A stretch of DNA of 64,000 nt from Eledone cirrhosa (GCA_964016885.1 OZ024741.1:49166001-49230000); one strand, 5' to 3'. Positions 25,512 through 38,527 are shown, counted from the first letter of the stretch. The notes: generated from the letters alone by a model not told the origin. Translations and numbers: made by a program.

Positions 25512-25979
25512 GACCTGACCTATTTTCACCCCTAAAACAACCTTTTCATTCTTCATACTCCTTCCATTCAAAACTGAAATCTGCCTTCTTCTACCCTTAA
25601 AATAAACTTCCATTACTACCATTTTACCATTTGGCCAATCATTACCTTTCTATTGGTCAATTCAAAACCTGTTCCCAAATAAACCTACTATATTAAATCT
25701 TTGTTGGTTTTATTCAATGAACAAATATAATTATTTCTGAGGTCAGCATATGACCTATTTTCATCCCTAAAATAACCTTTCATTCATAATATTCTTTCCA
25801 TCCAAAACTGAAATCTACCTTCCTCTAACCATAAATTTAGGTTCTTTTACTACTATTTTACCATCTTGACCTTCGCTATCTTTCTATTGGTCAATTCAAA
25901 ACCTGTTCCCAAACAGACCTATTGTATTAAATCTTTGTTGGTTTTTTTCAATAAACAAATATCATTATTTCTGAAGACA
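25512..25979. repeat. Tandem duplication (about 232 bp x2) in the PLE 3' region
   Basis: TGACCTATTTTCAYCCCTAAAA...ATTATTTCTGA occurs twice. Confidence 0.85.
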
Positions 25980-26078
25980 CGCCGAGGTTAACTTTGCCTT
26001 TCATCCTTACGGGGTCGATAAAATAAAGTACCAGTAATACACTGGGTAATTGCTGGCCTTGTGCCTAACGTAGAAACA
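25980..26078 (+). mobile_element. 5'-truncated SINE family 1 with a 16-bp TSD
   Basis: ATTATTTCTGAAGACA at 25964-25979 and 26079-26094. Confidence 0.9.
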
Positions 26079-26214
26079 ATTATTTCTGAAGACAGCATAT
26101 ATATGTGTAGGTATGTATATTCCCTCTGATAGTTTGTAAAAAATTTACATAGATCTATAGGATATGCATACCAACACTAACATATATATCCTAGAAACGA
26201 TCGTAAAATGATGA
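26079..26214 (+). ncRNA. Type I hammerhead with about 100-nt stem II
   Basis: ATTATTT-CTGAAGA-[ATATATATGT..GGTATGTATAT / ATATGCATACC..ACATATATAT]-GAAA-CGATCGTA-AAATGAT; palindrome ACGATCGT; GUA triplet. Confidence 0.75.
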
Positions 26215-27154
26215 ATTTTTTAATATAAGGAACTGTTTCTTTGTTTATTCATTATTTTATTAATTTATATATATATATATATTATATGACCAATAATGAA
26301 GGAAAGTGAAGGCTGTTTTTAATGATTGTCTCCACCATCTTTGAGATGTTGGAAGTGAGTGAGTATATATTTACCGTTCTCTGTGGTTAAATATTCATAT
26401 ACAAACACATACACTTACAGACATATATATATATACATATGCATGCATACATACATACGTGCATACACACATACACATACGTATATACATGCATATATAC
26501 ACACATATGCATGCACACACGCACTCACTCAAGCACGCGCACACAACACACACACAGATATATATATATACGCACAAAATAGCATTTATTGTTTGTGAAG
26601 CCAAGTATATTTATTCGTAGTAGTGTGGATGTCTCTCTCTCTCTTTCTCTATCCCTCTTTCTCTCTCACCACCCCTCTCCCCATACTCTCTCTTTATATA
26701 TATCTCTTTCTTGATTTCTCTCTTCCCCACCCTCTCCCTCACTCTGTTAATCGGTCAACCATAAATCCAGTGCTTCAACACATTATATTCGTTGGAATCA
26801 TTTTAAATTAATCTCAACTGATATTCTTTCATATTCCAGCAGTGATTGTTTGATACAAGATGGCGCTATTATCCCCGCTGATGTCTATCATATGCTTTCC
26901 TCATTAAAAAATATAATAAATAAAACATCATCAACAACAGCAACAACAACAACTGGCGTCTTTAACTTGAGTAAAACTCAGATTACTTGAAGTACAGTGA
27001 TGTCATTGAGTATCAGCGTTACGAGGAGTTAACATTCACAATATACACGTACACATATACACACTAATATTGGGCTTACTTATAACCGCGTGTTTATGTG
27101 AAACTATATACATCTATATACATGTCTATATACATCTATATACATGTCTATATC

Positions 27155-27650
27155 ATTATTTCTGATTTAGGCACAAGGCTAACAATTTTGGGGAGAGAGG
27201 GACAAGTCGAATGGGCATGTGGTTAGAATATCTCAGGAAAGAATCGCTGGACAGATTTTACGGGCAAAACCAGCCGGCAGGAGATCCAGCAGTAGACCCC
27301 GAGCAAGATGATTGGATAACATCCGTGAGCTAGGCTGCTCTCGAAGCAACCGGCTCCAACTGATCCAGCTGGTTGGAAGTGTTTAAAGGTTCTGTCCCCA
27401 TGATCCTCTCATGAATAACTGGGCGAAGAAGAAGAAGAAGAAGAAGAAGAAGAAGAAGAAGAAGAAGAAGAAGAAGAATGGAAAAGTCAGTTAAATCGAC
27501 CCTAGTGCATTACTGGTGCTTTGTTTATCGACTCCGTAAGTATGAAAGGCAAAGTTAACTTCGGTGGGATTTGGACTCAGAACATAAAGGGACGTAACTC
27601 TATGCTGCAACGCATGGTGTCGAACGTTCTATCAATGCTGCTAATTCATG
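27155..27650 (-). mobile_element. SINE family 1 split by an RTE 3'-end insertion
   Basis: SINE tail at 27155-27211 and body at 27478-27650. Confidence 0.85.
27212..27477 (+). mobile_element. RTE LINE 3' fragment with (GAA)n tail
   Basis: GHVVRISQERIAGQILRAKPAGRRS.SRPRAR.LDNI; related copies at 52295 and 56505. Confidence 0.85.
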
Positions 27651-27677
27651 GCCTTAGATGTCCGTATAATGAAAATA

Positions 27678-29130
27678 CTCTCGGGTCTCGAATAATCGTT
27701 CTACCAAGCTTATTAATTTTTCAAATTTTTTTACACCCCCCACCGCTTATTAAATTTTGCTAATTTACAGTGAATTTTTATTTTAAGTGGTAGCATTCCT
27801 GCGACAATTACTTTTCTTTATTCACTAAAAAACATTATACATAACATAACAAGTACATTACTAAAAGTCCCATACGTTATAAATGTGTATGTCTCCTTGA
27901 TAAATGTAGCACTAGGTGGTTACCCTACTAATTAAAAACCATTAATCTGGATACCTAAATATGGAATGTTACGCGATGCCCCCTCCCCCCCACACACACA
28001 CAGCCCCGGCGGACAGGATGGAGAAGGCGTTCCCACGGAGGACGGCAAGGAAGACACGCTGGAAAAGCCACTCCAACTCGCGGGGTTCACACCTGTGGCT
28101 GGCCAGCTCAGCGCCTATGGTGGTGAGTAGGGAGGTAGCCCTAGGGCCGAGGACAACAGAAGTTTCCACTGCCAGGGGTACAACCGCAAACCTGTCGGAG
28201 AGCGACCGGTTTTTGAGGGGCTTGGTCTCCTCAGCCCGACGTGCAGCAGTACCTGGGTTAGTCGCAGACTGCACCAGGTTGCGGCTGCAGAAAGTGTCGG
28301 TGCAAGTAGCATCCCAGGCGAGGGGTTTGCCACCGCGGAACGGGAAGATAGTCATGCCATCTGGCCTTTTGCCGTCCCCTCGGTTCAGCCCCACCGGCTC
28401 GAACTGGGAAGGGAAGCCCGCAGCGTCCAAGCCATGCTTTATGACCTCGTTGAGGGCAGCATGGCGTGGAAGGCGGCCGGCACTGTGGCGACAGGAAAGC
28501 GGGTGGAGGCCGAAAGAGTCCACAGTGGATCCGCAGCGACATTGGTGTGGCTCGCAGATCCGGAGGCCGAGCCTCAAGGAAACGCCGATGCGCAGGCTAT
28601 TGTTGTCTAGTTGCGTGCCAGTGGAGAAGGAGGGCATGGCATGGAGCCAGGCACTACTGTGGGGTTTGGAGGCCGCACGAAAGCAGGAAAGGCGGTGCTG
28701 GTCGAGCTGGCGCGTGAGCCTGTCTGAGGCCAGGTTGCACTGGATGGCATCCCAAGTGCTTTGGGGGGACTTGACGCCAACAGGGGGAGAAGGAGGAGGG
28801 ACGTCTACTGGGCTAAGTCCCAGCCGGTCCCACGTCTCACAGGCGACCTCACGTTCTCTGAACACAGAGGGTTCTATTGTGTTTTGAAGCACCCTGCTGA
28901 CGAGGACGCGGCACGAGGTTACCGACGAAAGATACGCCGGCAAAGCCAGCGAGATCGGGGACCGAAGGCTAAGGCCGCCATACCTAAATTAAATAGGATA
29001 GGCTGGGGTCTCAATATGTAAACTAAACGACTACTTCTGGTTTTGAAAAAATCAACGGAGACAACTTAGTAAAATTACCGATTTCCCCCTCCCCCCGCTT
29101 ATTCACCCCCCTATTATTTGGGACCAAGAG
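27678..29130. mobile_element. TA-flanked TIR element (Tc1/mariner-type MITE) hosting the CRE insertion
   Basis: TA|CTCTCGGGTCTCGAATAAT ... ATTATTTGGGACCAAGAG|TA. Confidence 0.7.
27961..28979 (-). mobile_element. 5'-truncated CRE-like LINE (CCHC knuckle + PD-(D/E)xK restriction-like endonuclease) with a 10-bp TSD
   Basis: ORF 27969-28943: CRCG..D.FGLH.L.C..RH..LN...RPDG...WDAT...K; TSD ATACCTAAAT at 27951-27960 and 28980-28989. Confidence 0.93.
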
Positions 29131-29164
29131 TATGTGCATATATATATATGTATATTTAGTCTTG

Positions 29165-29440
29165 TAGGTATGTAAGTTCAATTCCTGGCGGTGTGTTCGA
29201 TCTGTTCTTGATCAAGACACTTCATTTCACGTTTTTCCAGTCCACACACCTGGCAAAAATGAATTGAACTAGTAATTCAAAGGACCAGCCATGTCATACA
29301 CTGTCTCACACTGAATCTCCCTGAGAACTACGTTAAAAGTACACGTGTCTGTGGAATTCTCAGTCACTTGCACGTTAATTTCCCGCCCAGTTTGTTCTGT
29401 TACTCGAACAATTGAAACAGTCATCGACGGAGGTTTCAAC
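29165..29440 (+). mobile_element. SINE family 2
   Basis: Reverse complement of the 3437-3762 body. Confidence 0.8.
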
Positions 29441-29529
29441 GCAACACATATTTTAGTGTAATGAGTACAGACATGGCTAAATGGTAAAGTATCATGAGAT
29501 CGCGGGATCGATTTTACCATGTAATACAT

Positions 29530-29778
29530 TGGACAAATATTTTCTATCAACGTGTCGAATCGTTGGAAATATTGTGAGTCACATTGGATGGAAGAAAACT
29601 ATGTGAAAGAACGTTGGATAGACTGATGAACGTCTTCAGTTGTGAGTTGGGGACAGAGTTGTCAGACGTGTCCTCCAGAGCGTCTTAACATAAACAACTG
29701 TCTTCAGTTGATATGGTCATATCGTCAAGTGAGACCAACCGAGTACAACCCTCAGAAGAAGAAGAAGAAGAAGAAGAA
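29530..29778 (+). mobile_element. Degenerate RTE 3' fragment with (GAA)n tail
   Basis: HI.RMEE...R..G.GRP RTE-like remnants; GAA tail. Confidence 0.5.
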
Positions 29779-29899
29779 CTATTTATGTATAGGTTAAGTT
29801 ATTGTTATTTATGTATATAGCGTTTCGTGGATATATATCTTGTAAACAATCTTGTACGTTTACTTCGTGAATTTCTCATCCCTACTATTGATGAAGTCA

Positions 29900-29945
29900 A
29901 TATTCTGCTGATGAGGTCTTAATAAAACCGAAATATGTCTATAGT
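29900..29945 (+). ncRNA. Degenerate minimal hammerhead
   Basis: CTGATGA-GGT(CTTAATAAA)ACC-GAAA-TATGTC; stem I is poorly paired. Confidence 0.5.
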
Positions 29946-30186
29946 TTTCTCCAATATTTAAAACCTTAGTTAGGATAATATCAATAATTGGTTAATGCTG
30001 TTTTTTTCCCTCGCCGAATAATTATTTCTACTTAGTTACTTAATGCACTTTACATTTAATATACTAAGACTAACTTGACTATTTTTTTAGGATGGCTGGC
30101 CTATGTTGTTTATATAAGAGTCAATACCCAGAATAACCAGTAACTTAAAATTGGAATTAAGTGCTTGAGAGGAATTACGTAACTTA

Positions 30187-30403
30187 CAAGGGGGTGCTGA
30201 AAAGTTGCTGTCTTTGTGTAAAAGGAAACATAGGAGGATCAGTTAATTATGATTGTATTCAACATATTCCCCTCTCAGATTCACACACCTATTGCAGCGG
30301 CCCTTCAGTTTTTCTAAGCCCTGTAAAAAGAACTCGGAAGGTTGGGCCTCCAATCAGACTTCTGTAGCAGCGATCAAGCCAAGAACTTTTCAGCACCCCC
30401 TCG
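30187..30403. mobile_element. Tc1/mariner MITE
   Basis: TIRs CAAGGGGGTGCTGAAAAGTT / AACTTTTCAGCACCCCCTCG; TA TSD. Confidence 0.88.
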
Positions 30404-30573
30404 TACCACAGACTATGTGGGTATATACAAGATGGCGCAAAAGTCACGCACCACCCAATCATCATCTAATGGAACATTTATCATATTTACAAACATAACA
30501 AATATGAATTTATATATATATATAAAATTTTCGCACCATTGAGTGCGTTGTGATTGCCTCAAACAATTCGTGG

Positions 30574-30703
<130 letters not shown>

Positions 30704-30884
30704 CGCACACATATATTTATATATATATATATATAGTATTTCAGAAAGAGCATATGTGTTTTTAACGGCACCAAAACTAATGAGAACCGAATAGATTGCT
30801 TCGCGATAGGGTTACCATACGTCTGAATTTTTATAGCTATGTCCTTTATTTATGTCCTAAAATCTTTATCTGGAAGTAATTTTT

Positions 30885-31175
30885 ACCATTCTGATCAGGT
30901 AGTGTACTATGAGATTCCTGATAAAGAGACCAATCCAATTCTGCATAAGATAATCACATCCTGCAACATTCATGGCCCATGTGGACAAGCTAATATGATG
31001 TGTTCATGTATGGAAGGGCTAGGACAACAACGCCATTGTTCAAAAAGTTATCGTAAGGCATTCAGGCAAACCACATTTGTTGCCGAAAATTCCTTTCCGG
31101 AGTATAGAAGAAGGGATAGACAGCATGGTGACCACACCCATACAACCCAACTTAAAGGTCAAGAATACAGTGATA
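30885..31175 (+). pseudogene. Helitron Rep/helicase fragment
   Basis: DQVVYYEIPDKETNPILHKII...IHGPCG...CM...CSKSY..AF...T......PEYRRRD, the typical RepHel region after the HUH/Y2 motifs; hairpin + CTAG end at about 31619-31653. Confidence 0.9.
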
Positions 31176-32284
31176 TGAAACAGCTATCACTCTCTTTTAG
31201 TTGAAATGCATTTCAGTTTTTTTTTAATTGCTAGAAAAAGGACACTACAAAAACTTAAATGTGAATACAGTAAAACAACAATATAGCGAAGGTCAACTCT
31301 TCATATTGGTAAATGTAATTCATTCATTGATACCAGCAGAATCTATTTTCAAATTCACTGCTTGAAGTTTCCCATTGATATCCTCAAGTGAAGATTCATG
31401 AACATTTTCCGTCAACAGTTTCATCGCTTTTCCATCTTCATTATCGCTTTTTTTAAAAAATGCATCATGGATCACTTTACTGATTACAGAATTAAGTGTA
31501 ACACAGTCTTTGTTCAGTTTATGTGCATATTGTCAATTTACTTTTCAATTTACGTATCATATCTATATGCATATATATTTGCGTGTATTAACATGCAGAC
31601 TATATATACTAGCAGAAAACCGCCCGAGCGGTTCTTCCGCTAGTTTTTATAATTCTTCAAAAGTCCAGAAATTCAGCTTCTATCTATCATTTTTTTTTCA
31701 ACGCAACGAACGAACAAGCAAAGAAACAAACATGAAATTGTGATTATGAGATATTGTGAGAGAGGGGAAGTGAAAGCCCACATAGATCTCGTTTAGTTTT
31801 CGTCAATTGGCAAGTCACGTGTTAGCCAGTACGGCGTTGTTAGTTTAGCTGTTAGTAACTTTAGGCTAGCGAGTAATGTCGTGTAAGGTTTTTTCTTATT
31901 TTTCATCTACGTACATTATTATAACTAACAGAAAAACCACCCTGCGTTACACTGTCTTACGTAATCAGTAACGTAATCCATGATACATTAAAAAAAGACG
32001 ATATTATATATAAACTGCATTAGGAGAAAATTAGGGACGGAAATATATGAATGTTTATTTAAGCAATCGCTTACCGGAAGTGTTCACATTTGAAAATTTT
32101 AAAGAAGTGAATCTTAAAATAAGCGACAAAATTATTTATATTTAATCAAGAACAACGAAATTTAGTAGATAAATTATGTAATATTCATTAATTATTTATT
32201 CAAAGTAATCCAACTTATTTTACAAACGGGATAAATAAAAAAAATTCTGGCCGCAGTCCCGCACTTTATTAGAGTTTAGATTGT

Positions 32285-32500
32285 TTGGATTGGCAATATC
32301 GGTAGAGCGTCGGACAACATGATTTGCAGCAAAAAGTTACGGCTCTTTACGGTCTGAGTTCAAATCCCGCCGAGGTTAGCTTTGCCTTTCATCCTTACGA
32401 GGTCGATAAAATAAAGCACCGGTAATGCACTGGGGTCGATTTAACCGGCTTCCCCTTCCCCAAAATTGCCGGTCTTGTGCCTAAATCAGAAACCATTATT
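32285..32500 (+). mobile_element. SINE family 1 (full length)
   Basis: A/B boxes, core and tail. Confidence 0.9.
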
Positions 32501-32636
32501 ATAATTATTGTCGTATTTAGTGCTATTACAGTCATAAATGAAGTATTGAAAATTAATGACTGTTTTTACATTATAACAGTTAATTATATTTTATTCAATT
32601 TAAAGCATTTAAACAATTTTCAACCATAATCTAGCC

Positions 32637-32830
32637 CAGCGTTTCTCAACCTTTTTACCTCTGTGGAACCTTCGATATAGTTTTCATGTCTCAGGGAACC
32701 CCTACATAAAAATTATTATATACCATTATATCTAAATGCATTAGTTTATTTATCACCATTTCTCACGGAATCCCCAGCGATCTCATGCGGAACCGTATGG
32801 TTCCGGAGGAACACCAGTTGAGAAACGCTG
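32637..32830. mobile_element. hAT (Charlie-type) MITE
   Basis: TIRs CAGCGTTTCTCAAC / GTTGAGAAACGCTG; perfect 8-bp TSD ATCTAGCC. Confidence 0.93.
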
Positions 32831-33029
32831 ATCTAGCCACTTATTCTATATTATTTACGTGTATTAACATCTATGTCAGAGACAGATGGTTAGTTAGTGT
32901 TTAACCTGCGTTGATAGAGTTTAATCTTAGTCTTTATAGTAGGTTTGCTGTTGTTTTCACAGCTAGTGCCTATGAATTGCTGTATTTTTCCAAAGTATAA
33001 AACGGTGGTGTAAACCCCAAGGACTAAAT

Positions 33030-33590
33030 GCACAAATACAAGTGTGAAGAAACTGAACAGTTACAAGCCAACGTCCATCTTTTAAGTGAGCCAAGAGTGA
33101 GTAGAAAGAGCAGAGTTTGGCATGTGAACCAGGAACGTACGTCTCTGGCGCAAATAAAGGTATTGATGATTCGCGAATATATGTGAACTCAATCAAACAA
33201 GGAAACTTTAAAGAAAAGACTTCATTGATGAACCGTTAAGGTTTTGTCTTTTTTTTTTGTCAAACAATGTAGTAAAACTAAAGACACTCTCGCTGCTGAA
33301 GGAGGTATTTACTCATTTCACATTGTTAGATAAGCGAATGGGTTTACATTCAGGAACTGTTAATCTGTCCTTGTTAAAAAGACTTTCTCTGATACTGGGA
33401 TGACAAAGAAGTTTTTTTTAGTGTTCGAACAAAGATAAGCAATTGTTAATTCTGTGTCTGCATCGCATTCTATTAATGCTGATATGGAAAATCTTGAAGA
33501 AAATGAGATATGATATTGTGGAATTGTTATAGATAGAAATGATAGCAATTCAATAAAGATATTTCCCGTAATTATTCAGTACTGGAAAAA
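33030..33590 (+). pseudogene. Degenerate hAT-like transposase, N-terminal part
   Basis: Manual translation ACEPGTYVSGANKG...LAAEGGIYSFHIV...VKKTFSD...AIVNSV...YCGIVIDRND..SIKIFPVIIQY resembles hAT transposase N-termini; many stops. Confidence 0.65.
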
Positions 33591-34342
33591 TGATACACAG
33601 TAAAAACTGATTATGTCAAATAACACATTTTTCATCTTACAGCAGAGAGAATACATATTAATATCGAAAATATTATCTGTAAAAGTTATTGATATTTTCA
33701 GATCTAAATAGTTTGAACTGAGTAGCAGGAGTACTATTATTTTCTTAAGTTAAAATCAAAGATCCCCTCTTCCATACTACTATTACCATTCTAGATACTG
33801 TCTCCCTACCTTGGTTGACAAAATAAACTACCAGTTTTTAAAACTCATATTCTAAACATTCCTCTCTGAAATTTTATCGCCTTTCTTGCTTTATGGATTT
33901 CATTAGATATCTATATAATATCCTTCCATACTGGCTTCGTTTATTCTATGATTTGTCAGACACTACTTTTAATATTATTTATTTTCATATTTTCTCTTAC
34001 AAACAACTAATGATATATATATATATCATTATAATGAAAAATTAGAAGTTAGGATTATCCATCATCAGTTGTCCACTAGGTGTCATAGGCATTTCTTCGC
34101 ATTTAAGACAAAATACCTCAGCCTAGGGTGAAACAATAACTAAAGTAAGTTATTGGATTAAAAAGAAATGGGTGGAGAAAGAGAAGAACATGTAGACACG
34201 ATGGGTGAGGCAACGTAAAGAGAGGAAAAAAGGAAAGTTGTTGTAAGAGAAAATATGAAAATAAATAATATTAAAAGTAGTGTCTGACAAATGATAGAAT
34301 ATATATATATACATATATATACATATATATATATATACATAT

Positions 34343-34394
<52 letters not shown>

Positions 34395-34397
<3 letters not shown>

Positions 34398-37300
34398 AAA
34401 CTTAGACGGGGACAAAAGCAGAGGGGGCAGTACAAATAAGAGTTTATTAGGCTCACGCTTTTGAGAGTGCGGGGGGGGGACGTTTTGGGCATAAGCCCTT
34501 CATCAGGAGAAAAGTGGGTAGGAAGAGAGTTATGAGGGTGTGTGGGGGAGTGGTGGAAAGACATTTAGAAAAGGGGGGAAGGGAGGAAAAACGATTGAAG
34601 AAGTACAAATAAAAATAAAAATAACCATAAAAATAAGCATAAAAATAAACAAGTGGTGGAAGGGTGTGAGGCGTGTGGGGGTGGTGGCGGGTGGAGTTGG
34701 AAGAGGGAGGCGGGGGGGTCCGAGTGGGGAGGGCTGAAGGTGGTGTTTGTGTATGTGTGTATGTGTACGTGAGTGTGTATGCGTGTGTATGTGAATGTGA
34801 GAGTTGGAGGAAGTACGAGGTTCCATGTTCAGCAAAAGGTGTGTGCGTGGGGTGGGGTGTAAGTCAGTGTGTGCGTGCGTGTGGGGGGGCATGTGGATTC
34901 CGGAGGTTGAGTGTGTATATGTGGGGATGCGAACGTGTGTGTTTGTGTTTATACGTGGTGTGGATGTAGGTGGCGTGGTTCGAAAAAAAATGTGTTTGTT
35001 CGTGGGTAAGTTCCTAAGGTAGTTCCGTGGAGTGTGCGATAAGGTGTTGGATATTTCTCATGTTATAGAGTGGATAGCTGGAACGATGACCGGTGGTGTG
35101 GAATCCATTTGTGGTGGTGATCGGAAGTGGAGAGATGTGGGGTGCGCGCGCAACACGAAGTGGTCAGATAGTCAAGGCAGGGTGAAGCGATAGCAGTAGA
35201 GGAGGATGACAGGTGGAGAAATGGTCTGTATGTGGTGAGGACTGTGTCTGTGTGTGCGGAGGTGCGGTGGACAGGGGAGAGGACGGGTAAGTGTGAAAGG
35301 TGGAGAGGGAAGGTGGTGGTGTGGGGGGATGGGGTGTATATTAGTAAAGGTGCTAGTGGGATGTGTGTGTGAAGGGGTGTAGGTGGAGTGGGGAGAGGGA
35401 GAGAAAAGGTGTTGGGGACGGAGGAAGGAGTGTAGTGTACTGGTGTGTGTGTGCGTGTTTGGATGAGTGTGTGTGTGTGGTAGAGGGGGTGTTAGTGGAT
35501 GTTAGTATTATTGGTAGTGGGGAAGGGGTTGAATGCGGGTGTGTAAGTGGGGGTTAGTGGTGGTTGGGTGTGTGGAGTGGGTGGTGTACGTAGGTGTGGG
35601 TGTGTGTGTGATGGTGTGTGTTCGTGTGCGTGGGGTCGGGGGGATGTTAGTGATATTAGTTGTGGGGTGGTCGAAGTGGATGTGTGGGTGAGGGTTAGTG
35701 GTGGTAGTAGGGTGTGTGGATAGTGTGAGTGCGTGTGTATATGTACAGGTGGGTGGGTGCGTGTGGGGTGTGTGGGTGCGCGGGTGTTAGGGGAGGGGTG
35801 AGGATGTTAGTATTGTTAGTGGGGTGGGGTGGGGTGTAAAGAGGAGTGTGTTAGTGGTGTTAGTGGGGGGGGGGGTCGAAGGCTAAAGGAATAGGGGTGG
35901 CGAGTTCAGGCCGGGGGGTGTATGGGTCTGTAGGGTGAAGATGGTGTGTTGCTCGACCGTGAGGCGGGTGGCGAGTGTTCCATGGCATTGGCGTAGGCCA
36001 CAGACTTTGAGGTGGTGGGCGGAATGTCCAGGGGAGCGAAAGTGGCGGGCGATGGGGGAACTCCCGCCGAGACGAATATCCCGGAGGTGTTCAGTGAAAC
36101 GGTCCGCCAGGCGACGTCCAGTCTGTCCGACGTAGGTTGCGCTGCACTCCGTGCAGCGAAGTCCATAGACTAGGCTGGAGGAGGTGCAGCGGAAGGCGTG
36201 CCGGACAGAGAGAGAGTGGCCGTTGGGACCCTGGCAGGTGGTGGTGTTGGTGATGTGGAGGCAGGTGTGGCAGCGAGGCCTGGAGCAGGGAAGGGAACCG
36301 GGGGGGGGAGCGTGGGGGGCATTAGGGAAATGCGGACGAGGATGGTGCGGAGATTGCGCGCGTTTGAAGGAAGGGAGGGGTGGGGAGGGGAAGATGGGGG
36401 AGGTGGAGGGGTCGGACTGGAGGCGTCGGAAAGGCGGAGGATGGCGCAGTGGAGGGGTAGGGTGGAGGCGTGGTAGGTGATGGGGAAGGGGAGACGGTGG
36501 GTGGGTGTGCGGTGGTGTGGGGTGAGGGCGGTGGAGCGGTGGACAACACGGGCGCGAGTGAGGGCGGTGTGGACGAGGGAGGGGGGAACCTCTCCGGACG
36601 AAATGGCTGACTAGGGAAAGGGCCTCGGACTCAAAGTCAGCATCTCGGCTGCAGAGGCGGCGGATCCGGAGGAGTTGGGAGTAGGGAAAAGAGTGTTTTG
36701 TGTGTGTGGGGTGGGAGGAGGTGAAGTCGAGGTAGGAGTGGGAGTCGGTGGGTTTGAAGAAGGCGGAGGTGACGAGGGAGCGGTGGGAGAGGTCGATGTC
36801 GACGGAGATGTCTAAGAAGTGGACTTGGGTGGTGGAGATAGAGGTGGTGAAGTGGAGGGAGGGGTGGAAAGAGCAGAAGAAGGAGAGAAAGGAGTCGAGC
36901 TGTTCTCGGGTGAGGGTCGTGGCTCCGATACAGTCGTCGATGTAACGACCGTACAGTTCGGGCGTGGGGCCGGTGTACCGGGCAAAGATTTGGACCTCAA
37001 CTTGGCCAACGAAAAGGATAGGCATAGTTTGGGCCCATTCTTGTGCCCATGGCTACCCCCGTGACCTATTGGTAAAACTCACCTGAGAAGAAGAAGCAAT
37101 TGAGGGTGAGGACCAGCTCGGCGAGGCGAAGGAGGGTGGGGTGGAGGGGATGGGGAAGGGGCGAAGGTCGAGGTAGTGCCGGAGGGCATGTAGGCCGTCG
37201 GCGTGGGGGATGACAGTATAGAGGGACTTGATATCTAGGGTGAAGAGGAGGGGGTGTGGGTCTGGTGGGAAAGTGAGGGAGTTGAACAGGCGAAGGGCGT

Positions 37301-37810
37301 GGTTGGTGTCGGAGATGTGATAGTGGAGGGTTTGACGAGGAGGGAGAGGATGAAGTCAAGAAAGGCGGAGATGAGTTCGGTGGGGCAGTTGCAAGCGGAG
37401 ACGATGGGGCGGCCGGGGTTGTCGGGTTCGTGGAGTTTGGGGAGGAAATAGATAGTGGGGGTGTAGGGGGTGTGGATGATGAGGTGGGAAGCGGTGGAGG
37501 GAGGAGGGAGGAGGAGACCAGGTGTTGGATGGTGGAGGAAACTTGTTGTTGGTAGAGGGGTGTGGGGTCGGAGGGTAGAGGGCGGTAGAAGAGGGGATTA
37601 CGGAGCTGCCTGAGGGCTTCGGCCGTGTAGAGGTCAGCGCGTCACACCACCGCGGCGTCTCCCTTGTCCGCCGGTTTGATGACGATGTCATCTCGGCTAC
37701 GGAGGGAGCCGAGAGCGAGGAGTTCGCCCCGTGTGATGTTATGCTGTTTGGAACGCTGGCAGGCGTCGAAGCGATTTACTGCGCTACGGCAGGCGTCGAC
37801 GAACGTCTGC
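34395..37810 (-). mobile_element. GC-rich Penelope-like element (RT + GIY-YIG, frameshifted, probably Neptune-type)
   Basis: KPADKG, P..Y.LPK.H.P...GRPIVS, LDIKSLYTVIP, GVAMGTRMGP, RYIDD, FLDI, KPTDSHSYL..S.HP, PCSRPRCHTC, LVYGLRC..C...YVGQTGRRL..RF.EH, P.GLN; HHR and AATAAA at the 3' end. Confidence 0.93.
34479..34507 (-). ncRNA. Minimal hammerhead (G12A mutant) at the PLE 3' end
   Basis: CTGATGA-AGGGC(TTAT)GCCC-AAAACGTC. Confidence 0.7.
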
Positions 37811-37828
37811 TAAATTGCTCTGGTGCCG

Positions 37829-38098
37829 ATAATTATATAAATATAAAGAAAGTGTTTAAGCGCAGAAATGTTGTAAAGATAGCTTATAAAATGGGGTGAA
37901 CGAACTTAAAAGACGGAAAAAGAATTTGCCAACGACCGTTACGAAGAATTGAACCCCATATCTTCCAGATATCTTTCAATTCCTCGTAGTAGTCGTTGGC
38001 AAATTCTTTTTCCGTCTTTTAAGTTCGTTCACCCCATTTTATAAGCTATCTTTACAACATTTCTGCGCTTAAACACTTTCTTTATACTTATATAATTA
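37829..38098. repeat. Fold-back inverted repeat (about 125-bp arms)
   Basis: 37829-37953 is the reverse complement of 37975-38098. Confidence 0.9.
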
Positions 38099-38145
38099 CA
38101 TAGATTCTCATCGCTTCAAAGGCCGAAAATTCGGCTTCGTACATT

Positions 38146-38216
<71 letters not shown>

Positions 38217-38357
38217 AAGGTTAAACAAGGTTCAATGAATAAATCAAAGAATGAGTTTTACAATAGATTGGAAGCACTCAACAGTAAGGTTTTCCGGAGT
38301 TATTAATATGACTGAATCTTAACCATCTACTAAGTCAGGGTATGTCATGCATCATCT

Positions 38358-38424
38358 TATTTTATCTGATGAGGACGTACTGTTGAAGATAGCTCAGTAC
38401 CTCTGAAATATGTATAATAAAATA
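38358..38424 (+). ncRNA. Type I hammerhead
   Basis: TATTTTAT-CTGATGA-GGACGTACTG..CAGTACCTCT-GAAA-TATGTATA-ATAAAATA; 8-bp stem I. Confidence 0.75.
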
Positions 38425-38454
38425 TACTTGATCACACGAATGTCTATTTTTGTA

Positions 38455-38527
<73 letters not shown>

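Noticed and set aside
27961-28887. Long antisense ORFs over the CRE copies (also 61129-61998, minus)
   Set aside because: They are shadow frames of GC-rich coding DNA. Their presence in both copies only reflects the copies' near identity, and they have no recognisable domain.
34045-34075. CTGATGA-TGGATAATCC on the minus strand as a hammerhead
   Set aside because: The GAAA box and stem III are missing; it is too degenerate to call.
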